From: an uncultured delta proteobacterium
GTDB taxonomy: Bacteria > Desulfobacterota > Binatia > UBA9968
Reading direction: 5' to 3'
Assembly (NCBI GenBank): GCA_963755715.1
Contig: CAVWLW010000059.1
Coordinates: forward strand, 160,001-224,000
DNA length: 64,000 nucleotides
The notes below the pieces were generated by a model. That model was given only the letters and a program-made list of their open reading frames with translations. It did no database searches and was not told the origin of the DNA. Made by a program: the position numbers and the translations under genes. The first letter of the stretch is position 1. Every line of letters starts with the position of its first letter. Positions 50,250 through 60,675 of the stretch are shown here, piece by piece.

Positions 50250-50846
50250 ATGAAAACGGCATTGCGGCTACTCGGTGTACTGTCCTTGGCAACCCTGAAT
50301 TTCGTCGGCTGTCATGAGCTGGGCCACGTGGACGGGCTGGGCGACTATGGCGGCTTTGGCAGCAGCGACGTGGTCGGTGAAGTGGATTACGTCGATACGC
50401 GGGCGCGCGAAATTGAGATCCGCACGGACTCCGGGCGCATGTCGGTCGTCCGCTACGACGATAAAACTCAAGTCGTTTACCGTCAGCGCAATTATTCCGT
50501 CGCCAATTTGGAACGCGGGGATTACATCGCAGCGCAAACTCAACAAGACCGCGACGGGAGAATCTATACCGATAGCATTACGGTCAGAGAAAGTGTGCAA
50601 GACCGGGGCGACAAACGCGGCGGCAACCGACTGGATCGTACCGAAGGGCGGGTCGAATACGTCGATCAACGGCGCGGAACGTTCGAGCTTCGCGACCAGC
50701 GCAATCGCTTGATCATTGTTTCGGTCGCTTTCAACTCGCCGCGCCCGGTGATCGATCAGTTTAATCGGCTACGCAATGGCGATTACGTCCGCATCGAAGG
50801 ACGCTCCGTAAGCTCGGAACGCTTCGATTTGGAAAATTTCATGTGA
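50250..50846 (+). CDS. Lipoprotein with two OB-fold-like repeats (DUF5666-like)
   Basis: Lipobox FVGC; repeated GxVxYVD...LxxGDY units. Confidence 0.7.
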   Translation: MKTALRLLGVLSLATLNFVGCHELGHVDGLGDYGGFGSSDVVGEVDYVDTRAREIEIRTDSGRMSVVRYDDKTQVVYRQRNYSVANLERGDYIAAQTQQDRDGRIYTDSITVRESVQDRGDKRGGNRLDRTEGRVEYVDQRRGTFELRDQRNRLIIVSVAFNSPRPVIDQFNRLRNGDYVRIEGRSVSSERFDLENFM

Positions 50847-50872
50847 GTGGAGCGATTTGCGGTTAAAGAAGT

Positions 50873-50959
50873 TTCGGAATGCTTCGACAAGCTCAGCACG
50901 AACGGAAACACTGCGATCGTGCAATCCGTTCGTCCTGAGCTTAGTCGAAGGACTCCGAA
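50873..50959. repeat. CTTCGACAAGCTCAG-type REP doublet
   Basis: Same family as the inner repeats of 1362-1500 and 60532-60650. Confidence 0.8.
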
Positions 50960-50976
50960 TGTTTTTAGAAGATTAG

Positions 50977-52600
50977 CTAATGTAAAATCTGCTTGAAAAA
51001 ATCGTTACCCTTATCATCGACGAGTATAAACGCGGGAAAATCTTCCACCTCGATCTTCCAGATCGCTTCCATGCCGAGCTCGGGATATTCGAGCACTTCG
51101 ACTTTCTTGATATTTTCTTTAGCCAGGATCGCCGCTGGGCCGCCGATCGAGCCGAGATAGAAGCCGCCGTATTTTTTGCAAGCGTCGGTGACCTGCTGGC
51201 TCCGATTGCCTTTGGCGAGCGTGATCATCGCCCCGCCATGCGACTGAAACAAATCCACGTAGGAGTCCATCCGTCCCGCCGTCGTCGGCCCGAAAGAACC
51301 CGACGGCATACCTTCGGGAGTTTTCGCCGGCCCGGCATAATAAACCGGATGATCTTTCATGTACTGCGGCATCCCCTCGCCCCGATCCAATCTTTCTTTC
51401 AATTTCGCGTGCGCGATATCGCGCGCGACGATCATCGTACCGGTCAATGAAAGCTGGGTCGTCACAGGATACTTCGTCAGCTGCGCCAAGATCTCCGCCA
51501 TCGGCCGATTGAGATCGACTTTGACGACGTTGCTGGCAACCTTGCCGCGATACTCCTCGGGAATCAGCCGCCCCGGATCTCGTTCCAGCTCTTCGAGCCA
51601 AATCCCATCTTTGTTGATCTTCGCTTTGGCGTTGCGATCGGCAGAACATGATACGCCCATGCCGACCGGACAGGAAGCGCCGTGGCGCGGCAGGCGAATA
51701 ATGCGCACGTCCAGCGCAAAATATTTACCGCCGAACTGCGCGCCGTAGCCGGACTTGTAAGCTTGCTCCAGCATCTTATTTTCTGTCTCCACATCACGGA
51801 AAGCCCGCCCGTGCGCATTGCCCGTGGTCGGAAGGTGATCGAGATAGCCGGTCGTTGCAAGCTTCACCGTCTTCAAACAAGCTTCGGCCGAAGTTCCGCC
51901 GATGACAAACGCCAAATGATACGGCGGGCAGCCGGCGGTTCCGAGCGTCATTCATCTTTTCCGTGAGGAATTTCTCCAAGCTCGCCGGATTGAGCAGCGC
52001 TTTGGTCTCTTGATACAGCGTCGTCTTGTTCGCCGAGCCGCCGCCCTTGGTGACAAAGAGGAATTGATATTCCATGCCCTCCGTCGCCATGAGATCGATC
52101 TGCGCCGGCAGATTGGTGCCGGTATCGACTTCGTCGAACATGTTGAGCGGCGCCGTTTGCGAATAGCGCAGGTTTTCTTCTGTGTAAGTTTTGTAAACTC
52201 CCTTGGCAAGGTGTTCTTCGTCTTTCACGCCGGTCCACACCTGCTGGCCCTTTTTGCCGAAGATCGTCGCCGTGCCCGTGTCCTGGCAAAACGGCAGGAT
52301 GCCTTTCGCCGCCGTGTCGGCGTTGCGCAGCATCGCTAAGGCGACGTAGCGGTCGTTATCCGAAGCCTTGGGGTCTTTGAGGATGGCCGCGACTTTTTCC
52401 AAATGAGCCGTGCGCAGCAGGAACGACACGTCGCGTACCGCGACACTCGCCAGCAGCGTCAGCGCCTCGGGCGCGATCTTGAGAATCTCTTTCCCTTCGA
52501 ACTCGGACACGCTGACATAATCTTTGCTCAGGAGCCGGTACTTCGTGGTGTCTTTCTCAACCGGTAACGGATCTTGATAAACGAACGCTGGAGCTGCCAT
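50977..52600 (-). CDS. fumA: Class I fumarate hydratase (frameshift at about 51951)
   Basis: [42 protein letters not shown]. Confidence 0.93.
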
Positions 52601-52681
52601 GGGTTAAAACCTCGCACTTTTTCGTATTAATCCTAGATGGAAAATTTCGGCTTTGTCGACGCGCTGAAGTCTTCCGGCGGT

Positions 52682-52820
52682 TGGGTAATGGTTCAGTTAG
52701 AGTTTGTTGCGAATCGTACCGCGAAGAAAGATTCCTCGCTTCCGCTCGGAATGACAACTAAATAAGCATTTGTCATCTCGAACGAAGTGAGAGATCTTTC
52801 CCGAACTGAACAACCACCCA
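52682..52820. repeat. MITE-like element enclosing a TGTCAT-family REP pair
   Basis: TGGGTAATGGTTCAGTT...AACTGAACAACCACCCA; inner AGATTCCTC...GAATGACA / TGTCATCTCG...AGATCT. Confidence 0.7.
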
Positions 52821-52876
52821 GTCTACGCCGGTTACACGGTGCACGCCTGTCGATTACTTTCGCGGGCGGAGAATGA

Positions 52877-53860
52877 ATGAAATCATCTTTGATCGCAATT
52901 CTAATCGTCTATGCGTTCGTAGTCGCAGCCAACGCCCAAACCCAAGACCAACTCATCGCCGGCGCAAAGAGTGAAGGCAAGCTGGTCATCTACGCCTCCG
53001 CCGCCGTCCAGCAGTTGCAGATGTATCTTGCCGCGTTTAACAAGCGTTACCCTTTTCTCAAGACCGAATACTTTCGCACCGACAAACAAAAACTCGTCAC
53101 CCGCGTGCTGCTGGAGGAACAGGCCAAACAACGCCTGGCCGATGTCGTGCACACCAGCGTCATCGAGACGCATATCCTGAAAAAACGCGGCGCCTTGAGC
53201 CGCTACGTTCCGCTGGAATCCGCCTCCTATCCCAGCCAGTACAAAGATCCGGAAGGTTTTTGGACGTCCGTATACGCCAGCGGCACGTTGATGGGTTTCA
53301 ACAGCCGTCAGGTCAAACGCGCCGATGCGCCCAAGACCTACGAAGATCTGTTGAATCCGAAGTGGAAAAACGTCATGGGCATCGACAACACCAAGATCGA
53401 ATGGTTCTCCATGCTGCTCAAGCTCAAAGGCCGCCCGTTCATGGAAAAGCTCGCGGCTCAAAACGCGCAGATCATGGCCGGCAATACCAATCTTTTGAAC
53501 TTACTCGCCGCCGGTGAATTTGCGATCATGGCGGGCGTCTATGAATACTCAGTCGATAATCTGAAGACCAAGGGCGCGCCGGTAGACTGGATCGGCCTTG
53601 AACCGGTCATCACCTACACGGTCGCCGCTTCTTTGCCATCACAACCGCCTCACCCGTTTGCGGCCAAGCTCTTCATCGAGTGGCTGCTGACCAAAGAAGG
53701 CCAGGAAGTGATCAATCAATACGGCCGAGTGCCGATTCGAGACGACATCGACTCCAAGTACGGCAAAATTTTGAAACAACACAAACTGCTCATGACCGAC
53801 GTCGACTTGAGCCAGCGAGAAGTCGAAGTGAACGAAATGATCCGCAAGCTTTTTCGGTGA
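52877..53860 (+). CDS. ABC-type extracellular solute-binding protein (Fe3+-like)
   Basis: AKSEGKLVIY, PKTYEDLLNPKWK, PHPFAAKLFIEWLLTKEGQ. Confidence 0.9.
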   Translation: MKSSLIAILIVYAFVVAANAQTQDQLIAGAKSEGKLVIYASAAVQQLQMYLAAFNKRYPFLKTEYFRTDKQKLVTRVLLEEQAKQRLADVVHTSVIETHILKKRGALSRYVPLESASYPSQYKDPEGFWTSVYASGTLMGFNSRQVKRADAPKTYEDLLNPKWKNVMGIDNTKIEWFSMLLKLKGRPFMEKLAAQNAQIMAGNTNLLNLLAAGEFAIMAGVYEYSVDNLKTKGAPVDWIGLEPVITYTVAASLPSQPPHPFAAKLFIEWLLTKEGQEVINQYGRVPIRDDIDSKYGKILKQHKLLMTDVDLSQREVEVNEMIRKLFR

Positions 53861-53908
53861 TATGTGAAAATCAACGCAATCAATTTGAGTCCGTGTCGCT
53901 TATCAAGT

Positions 53909-53977
53909 TGTCATCCCGAACGAACGTGAGGGATCTTTCCGGAAAGATTCCTCGTCGCTGCGCTTCTCGGAATGACA
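53909..53977. repeat. TGTCAT...ATGACA REP doublet
   Basis: TGTCATCCCGAACGAACGTGAGGGATCT...AGATTCCTC...CTCGGAATGACA. Confidence 0.75.
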
Positions 53978-56363
53978 CCGATTGTGGCGCCTGGAACAAA
54001 TTTCGAAGAGAGTTTTAAAATCGCCACCGAGAAACTTCACACCTACTGCGCCATGTGCACGTCTCGTTGCGGCGTCGTGGCGACGGTCGAGGACGGCAAG
54101 CTAACGCAAGTCAATGCCGATCCCGCGCACCCGAATGGCTGTATCTGCGTCAAGGGCGCCGCCGCGCCGGAGATCGTCTATTCCCCCGATCGCGTGCAAT
54201 ACCCGATGGTGCGCACGCGGCCTAAAGGCGATCCCGACCCCGGTTGGGTGCGCATCACGTGGGATCAGGCGCTCAATCTAATCGCGCTCAGGCTGACCGA
54301 TATCAAAGACAACTACGGTCCCGAAGCCGTAGTCTTTTCGCGCGCCACTACCGCAGGCAGCGCGGCGATCGACTTCGACGGCTGGCTGCAACGTCTGGCC
54401 AACGCCTTCGGCAGCCCGAATCTTTTGACGTCGAACCACATCTGCACCTGGAATCGCCGCATCGGCTCCAAATACACCTACGGCACCGGAATGCCGCTCC
54501 CCGACTTCGACAATACCCAGTGCATGCTGCTATGGGGCATCAATCCAACGGCCACCTCGCCTGCGCAGGCGGTGCGAATCAATCGAGCCAGAAACCGCGG
54601 CGCAAAGTTAATCGTCATCGATCCGCGCAAAACAACTTTGGCAGCAAAGGCCGATTGCTGGCTGCGCGTGAAGCCCGGCACAGACGGCGAGCTCGCGATG
54701 GCGATGATCCACGTGCTTCTCGAAGAAAATCTTTTCGACGCAGAATTCGCGCGCAGATGGACCAACGGAACGTTTTTGGTGCGCTCCGATAACAATCAAT
54801 TGCTGACCGAAGCCGATTTAGCGGCGCAAGGAGAATCCAACGGATGGATGATTTGGAACGAACGAAGTAACTCGCCTGCTAGTTACCGCGTTGATCAATC
54901 TGAAACTGCTCCGGCATTGTTCGGCACGTTTGCCTTAAGACTGGCCGACGGCACAAGCCGTCGAATGCCGGCCGGCGTTGCAACTGCTCAAAGACGCCGC
55001 CGCGCGATTTGCGCCGGAAGTTTCGGAAAGCATCACCACCGTCCCTGCGGAGGAAGTTAGAAAGGCAGTGCGGCTATTCGCCAACGAAAAGCCATCGACC
55101 TATTGCACCTGGGTCGGCCTCGAACAGGACAACGACGCGATGCAAACCAATCGCGCGGTTTGTATCTTCTACGCGCTCACGGGCCAGTACGATCAGCGGG
55201 GCAGCAACGTGCTCTTCGCGACGACGCCGACAAGCTCAATCACCGGCCGCGAACTGCTTCCAAAACAAAAAGCCGACCTGCGGCTCGGCCGGGAAAAACA
55301 TCCACTCGGTCCAAACGCCGATCCGGGTCTCGTGCAAGCCGCCGAAGTCTACGATGCGATCATTACAGGCCAGCCCTATCCGATCAAAGCCATGGTTCTG
55401 TTCGGGACGGACCCACTACTCGGCCACGGCGATCCGTTGCGCGGCAAGGCCGCCATCGAAGCATTGGATTTCTATGTGCACGTCGACACAATAATCAATC
55501 CGAGTGCGATGTTCGCGGACGTAATTCTGCCTGCTGCGACCTGCTGGGAGCGCGAGGCTCTGATGCCGTCGTTCGAAATGGCCGAGGACACGCTCAATTG
55601 GGCGCAACTGCGTCCGGCCGTTGTAAAACCGCTGCACGAATCGCGATCCGATACCGAGATCATTTTTGATTTAGCGAAACGGTTGGGTCTCTCGGAACAA
55701 TTTTTCAATGGCGACATCGACACCGCATTGAATTATCAATTGGCGCCGTCGGGAATCTCCGTTCAGCAACTAAAAGAACACCCGGTAGGAATGCGCTCGA
55801 ACGCGCGCACACGCCACAAGAAGCACGCAGAGACGGATGCCAATAGCGGACGACACCGCGGTTTCGACACGCCGACCGGCAAGATCGAGATTTACTCGAC
55901 AACCTTTGCAAGCGCGGGCTATCCGCCTCTGCCGAAGTTCGAAGCAACGGATATTACGAGCGATCAATACCCGCTCACGCTGACTTTTTTCCGAGACATC
56001 CATTTCTGCGACGAACAGCATCGCAACGTCCCACGACTCCGCCGCGCGATTCCAGACCCAAAACTGGAAATCCATCCGAGCACCGCCAGTGCTCAGGAAA
56101 TCAAAGATGGCGACTGGATCTTTTTGGAAACCGCAACCGGAAGAGTGAAACTCAAAGCAAAGTTCAACGAGTCGCTTCATCCAAACGTAGTCACGACAGT
56201 GTACGGATGGTGGCAAGCGTGCCAAGAGCTAAAACTCAAAGGTCATGATCCGTTCAGCGAAAACGGCGCAAATACAAACCTGCTCGTTCCCAACACTGAC
56301 GTCGACCCAATCAGCGCGTCAGTCGCGCATCGCGCGCAACGCTGTCGGATAACAATCGGTTAA
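53972..56363 (+). CDS. Molybdopterin (DMSO reductase family) oxidoreductase with 4Fe-4S site (frameshift at about 54958; start uncertain)
   Basis: CAMCTSRC...CICVKG, VIDPR, PGTD, ADVILPAA, FDTPTGKIE, EIHP. Confidence 0.88.
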
Positions 56364-56657
56364 TCCACCCGACAATGTCGCAGGTATATCGGAGATATAC
56401 TGACCAGGTATATTGAAATGACTACGAGCGGAGACTGATTGACAACTTGTTGATCGAAAAGCTAAATTTCGTCAATCCGTGATTTTTGGACTCGGTAATA
56501 TAAAGATACAATAAAGATCGGCAAAAGGAATATGAGCAGACCACCAGCCACGACACGATGACTCATCGCATTACGATACAGCAGTTTGCACACAGCAGCA
56601 GGCACGTTCGGCGCTGGCGGACGTTTGCAAGCGGGGCGACATTCGTAGGGAGGTGCG

Positions 56658-57900
56658 ATGTTTGGGGACGTTTTCTTGCTCGAGCGCGATGGCTCGGCGG
56701 CTGTTCGTGCGGAACGACTTGCGTTCGGAGAAACTGCCGGGCGCAACGAAGCGTGGCTGCGCGACACGCTGTTTGCGTACCCCGATCTACTTCCGCTGCG
56801 CGATATTGACCCCTCGTTCGGACCCTTGACTCCACTGTGTACAGAATTTCGGACAGAAGCGGGACCGTTGGACATCGCTTTCATCAATCGGTTCGGACGC
56901 TTGACTCTTGTCGAGTGTAAGCTTTGGCGTAACCCGGAAGCTCGACGAAAAGTTGTGGCACAGGCGCTGGACTACGCCAGAGCCGTCAGCCGCTGGTCAT
57001 ATTCGGACCTGCAGCGTCAGGTCGCTGCAGCTTCGGGTCGCCATGGCAACGTTCCATTCGAGAAAGCACGCTAGCGCGGAACCCAGAACTCAACGAGCAG
57101 CAGTTCGTAGACGACACGACTCGTGCCATGCGTTCGGGCCGCTTTCTGCTTATCATCGCTGGAGACGGCATCCGTGAAGACGTCAGCGGCATGGCGGAGC
57201 TGATAAACCGCAACGCGACGTCCGCCTTTTCCTTTGCTCTTGTTGAGGTCGCACTGTATGGGTTCGAGCGAGTCAAGTCTCGCGATTCAGCCACGAGTCA
57301 TAGCGAAAACGCAGATTATCGAAAGAACGGTTGTAGTAGTACAACATGCGGGGCAGCCTCTCGCGATGACCGTGTCTGAAGAGCCCGATGTCGAGGAATC
57401 GGGCGACGCTTCCAGCGCTGTCGTGCGCAATGAGTTGGGCGAGAGTCCAACACAAGCCCAGTACCGAGCTTGGTGGACGCCCGTCATCAATGCGTCCTTT
57501 GACGATCCCGATCAAGAGCCCGCCAGACTCTACTGGCCCAATAACGTACGGATATCCCTGCCTTGGCCCACGAGGGTGTGGGCTTACCGCATATCGCTCC
57601 GGTGGAGACGCCGGAACGATCGGCGTTGCGACAAACGGAACCGAGCCTGGCTACAGCGAAATGATTTCAGCGCTCGAAGCGCAGAAAGAGGCCATCGTCG
57701 CTGAACTGCCGGAGGGTACGACGTTTCGACCATCCCACAGTGGCAAAAGTGTCACGATTAGCACACAAAGGAGAGCGTCAGAGTTCACGACGGACGATGA
57801 GATGCGCCGTTGGCTAGCATCGACGTTGAATTCCTACGTCAATGCATTGCGACCAAGGCTCAAGGCCCTTATGCAGGAGCAACGTCTCGAGCAGCTCTGA
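56658..57900 (+). CDS. PD-(D/E)xK (NucS/EndoMS-like) nuclease-domain protein; several frameshifts
   Basis: GPLDIAF...LVECKLW...VVAQALDYA, FLLIIAGDGIRE; GGAGGTG RBS; pieces lie in 4 ORFs. Confidence 0.75.
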
Positions 57901-58000
57901 GGCGCGGGAGCGTACGATGGCCGGCATGAAAGCTCGTGGCGTTTTCGGCCGCCATGGTCTTGGACCTCTTCGTTCGTGAACTCCCAATGGCGGATGAACT

Positions 58001-58067
58001 GGCTAACATGGCATGCAGCCGACGGCGGATCGAGCATGCGCGCCGCGGCTCATGCCTGGCGTTAGCC
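58001..58067 (+). mobile_element. Integron attC recombination site
   Basis: R'' GGCTAAC and R' GTTAGCC; GGCATG(C)AGCCG(A)CGGCG pairs with CGCCGCGGCTCATGCC, leaving extrahelical G and T on the bottom strand. Confidence 0.85.
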
Positions 58068-58097
58068 CTAATAAATAATCTCAACTAGGATTGAAGA

Positions 58098-58499
58098 ATG
58101 CTGAAGACATATAAAGGCAGTTGTCATTGCGGCGCGGTTCGCTTTGAGGCGGACATTGATTTGAGTGCGCCGACCTACAGGTGCAACTGCTCAATCTGCT
58201 CAAGAAACCGATTTTGGCCGGCAATAGTAAAGCCGGACGCGTTTCGTCTTATTTCCGGAGAGTCGGAGCTAACCAAATATTTGTTCAACACCAAGCGCAA
58301 CGAGCACTATTTCTGCAAACACTGCGGGGTGCGGCCTTTTGGCATTGGCAACGCGCCGGACGTCAACCGAGTTTACGGAGTCAATTTAGGGTGTCTTGAA
58401 GATGTCACGCCCGAAGAGCTTGCCGCCGCGCCGATCGTTTACGTCGACGGCAAGCATGACAACTGGCATTCGGCACCAGCCATCACAAGTTATTTGTAA
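58098..58499 (+). CDS. GFA/CENP-V family protein
   Basis: [22 protein letters not shown]. Confidence 0.92.
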   Translation: MLKTYKGSCHCGAVRFEADIDLSAPTYRCNCSICSRNRFWPAIVKPDAFRLISGESELTKYLFNTKRNEHYFCKHCGVRPFGIGNAPDVNRVYGVNLGCLEDVTPEELAAAPIVYVDGKHDNWHSAPAITSYL

Positions 58500-58558
58500 A
58501 GCCCAACAATTCGCGGCCTAAACGGCCGTCATCTTAACCGAGACCTTTAACGCACTCC

Positions 58559-58678
58559 TCAATTCAGCGCTAGAAACAATTCCGCCACTGCCATCTTCTT
58601 CGCCATCAACTCCTGATCCAGCGAATAGCCGACAAACCCTTCCAGATTCGCGCGATTATTTTTAAAACCGCACGGCCA
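58559..58678 (-). pseudogene. Displaced duplicate of the last 39 codons plus stop of the 59457-60425 gene
   Basis: WPCGFKNNRANLEGFVGYSLDQELMAKKMAVAELFLALN* versus WPYGLEKNRANLERFVGYSLDQGLMAKKMAVEELFLPIN*. Confidence 0.9.
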
Positions 58679-58764
58679 GCGTTGAAGCTCACGCGATTTG
58701 TTGATCTAGCGCGCAACTTTGGGCGCAGTATTGCAATCGCTATCGGCAACCAAATTTGGGGTTG

Positions 58765-59103
58765 CTACTTTTCTAGTTCTTTCAAAATTTCTGCGATTCG
58801 AGTCTTTAAAATCGGCAAGTTCTTCTGGGTGATTTCCCACACCGCGTTGACGTCAACACCCATGTAATCGTGAATGAGAACGTCACGCAGGCCGGCGATA
58901 CGCCGCCAGGGCACATCTTTGTGTTGGGAGCAAAGTGCTTTTGAAAGTCTCTTGGTCGCCTCGCCGATGATTTCTAACTGTCGAACGACGGCGTCCTGCC
59001 AGTGGGAAGTTGCAAGAAACACATCGCGACCAACGGCGACGTAGATTTCTATCTTTTCAATAGCGTCCAGGATATGACGGAGGTAAAGTTGGTCGCCTTT
59101 CAC
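58765..59103 (-). CDS. HEPN (DUF86/HepT-like) RNase toxin
   Basis: LEIIGEA, PWRRIAGLRDVLIHDY (RX4HxY). Confidence 0.92.
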   Translation of the reverse strand: MKGDQLYLRHILDAIEKIEIYVAVGRDVFLATSHWQDAVVRQLEIIGEATKRLSKALCSQHKDVPWRRIAGLRDVLIHDYMGVDVNAVWEITQKNLPILKTRIAEILKELEK

Positions 59104-59390
59104 AGGCTAACAGCGTCCTTGAGGACTTGATCGCGGATGTGCGGACTCACGGCGTCTTCGGTGACGACGTCAACTGCGCAACCGAGCAGATCTTCGAGGT
59201 CCTGCTTAACGGCTATTAGATCGAGGAGGGTACGTCCAGGATCCAAATTGATCAAAAGATCCAAGTCACTTGCCGGAGTGGTTTCGCCTCGCGCAACCGA
59301 GCCGAAAACGCGCAAATTCCGCGCGCCATGATTTGCGGCAACCTTGATTATATCGTTCCGCTTATTCCTAAGTTCAGCGCCAGAAATCAT
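59100..59390 (-). CDS. Minimal nucleotidyltransferase (MntA-like) antitoxin
   Basis: FGSVARGE...SDLDLL, VDVVT; GTGA overlap with the HEPN gene. Confidence 0.92.
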   Translation of the reverse strand: MISGAELRNKRNDIIKVAANHGARNLRVFGSVARGETTPASDLDLLINLDPGRTLLDLIAVKQDLEDLLGCAVDVVTEDAVSPHIRDQVLKDAVSL

Positions 59391-59456
59391 ACCGAATCCT
59401 CGCCGCAATTGTATGTAATCCACGCTCGTCTGACAAGCTGCTAAAGCATGCGGCGT

Positions 59457-60425
59457 TTAATTTATCGGTAAAAACAACTCCTCCACCGCCATCTTCTTCG
59501 CCATCAATCCCTGATCCAAGGAATATCCGACAAATCTTTCCAGATTCGCACGGTTTTTTTCCAAGCCGTACGGCCACGGATCGGGTCCTAGAAGTTTTTC
59601 TTCTTCCTCGAAAGCCTGCCTGCCCCAGGCAAGCCACGACCAGTTCGGATCGGCGTAGAACTCGCGGCAGATTTTTTTCGCTTCGCTGAACGCGTTGAAT
59701 AGACTTTGCGCGGCTTCGGGATATTTTTTCAGGACATCGTCTTTAAATGCGACCACGTGCATGATCGGAAAAAAACCGTTCTTTTTGTAGTAGCGCAGGT
59801 CTTCGGCCTTCGGATCCTCGAACAGGCGGCGGATTTTTGTCGAGCCGCGCAGCACCGGTTTCGGCGGATGCGGCGTCATCATGGCGCTGATCTCGCCCGA
59901 CTCGAGCAGCTTGCCGGCGTCAGTGCCGTCGGCCAATTGATCTATCTTGACGCCCTTCTCCGGCTCGAACGGTATGTTGTCTTTCTTGTTGAGAACCCAA
60001 TGGATTTTGCGCCACGGCACTTCGAATTCGCTCTGCAAATCGCCTTTGGATAACGTGGCGAGGGTGTTTTGAAAACTATGCAGCCCGACCTTCTTGCCGA
60101 TTAAATCGATGGGCCGTTCGATTCCCGCCTCGATATTCACCCACATCTGCGACAAGCTAAATAAACGCCGTGGAAAAACCGGAATCGCCGTGAACGGCAT
60201 GCCGCGGCTTTTCGCCATCAAATAAGACGACAGCGACAACTCGGCCGCGTCGAACTCGGCCTTCTGCAGCATGCGCTCGTGGCGCTCCTCGCCGTCGCGC
60301 TGGCGGTCGGATTGGCCGACGATCAAAACATTGAGATCGATGGCTTCAGGTTGAACCGTGCCGTCGAAAAACGGCACGTGCCGGTCGTAGTGTGATAATG
60401 CGATAGTGAGTTTTGGTTTTGACAT
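59457..60425 (-). CDS. 4,5-dihydroxyphthalate decarboxylase-like (periplasmic-binding fold, no signal peptide)
   Basis: YDRH, FDAAELSLSSY, AIPVFP, FPIMH, DPWPYG...NR; AAGGAG RBS. Confidence 0.8.
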   Translation of the reverse strand: MSKPKLTIALSHYDRHVPFFDGTVQPEAIDLNVLIVGQSDRQRDGEERHERMLQKAEFDAAELSLSSYLMAKSRGMPFTAIPVFPRRLFSLSQMWVNIEAGIERPIDLIGKKVGLHSFQNTLATLSKGDLQSEFEVPWRKIHWVLNKKDNIPFEPEKGVKIDQLADGTDAGKLLESGEISAMMTPHPPKPVLRGSTKIRRLFEDPKAEDLRYYKKNGFFPIMHVVAFKDDVLKKYPEAAQSLFNAFSEAKKICREFYADPNWSWLAWGRQAFEEEEKLLGPDPWPYGLEKNRANLERFVGYSLDQGLMAKKMAVEELFLPIN

Positions 60426-60480
60426 GCAACACTCCTTGGAATTTATCGACGTCGAGTCGGAAACGGTCGAAGGTTTGGTA

Positions 60481-60650
60481 GTCATCCCGAGCGAATGCGA
60501 GGGATCTAAGAAAGATTTCTCCTGCGGCAGACTGTGTAAAAACTCTCTGAGCCTTCGACGATGCTCAGGGCGAACGGATAAGTACTCAATTTCTAATGAG
60601 TACACCGTTCGTGGTGAGCCTAGTCGAACCATGAACGGTGTTTTACACAG
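60481..60650. repeat. Composite repeat: TGTCAT-family remnant plus CTGTGTAAAA/TTTTACACAG-bounded element with REP doublet
   Basis: GTCATCCCGAGCGAATGCGAGGGATCT; CTTCGACGATGCTCAGGGCGAACGG...CCGTTCGTGGTGAGCCTAGTCGAA. Confidence 0.75.
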
Positions 60651-60675
60651 CTGGCGGTCGAAATGACATACGCTA

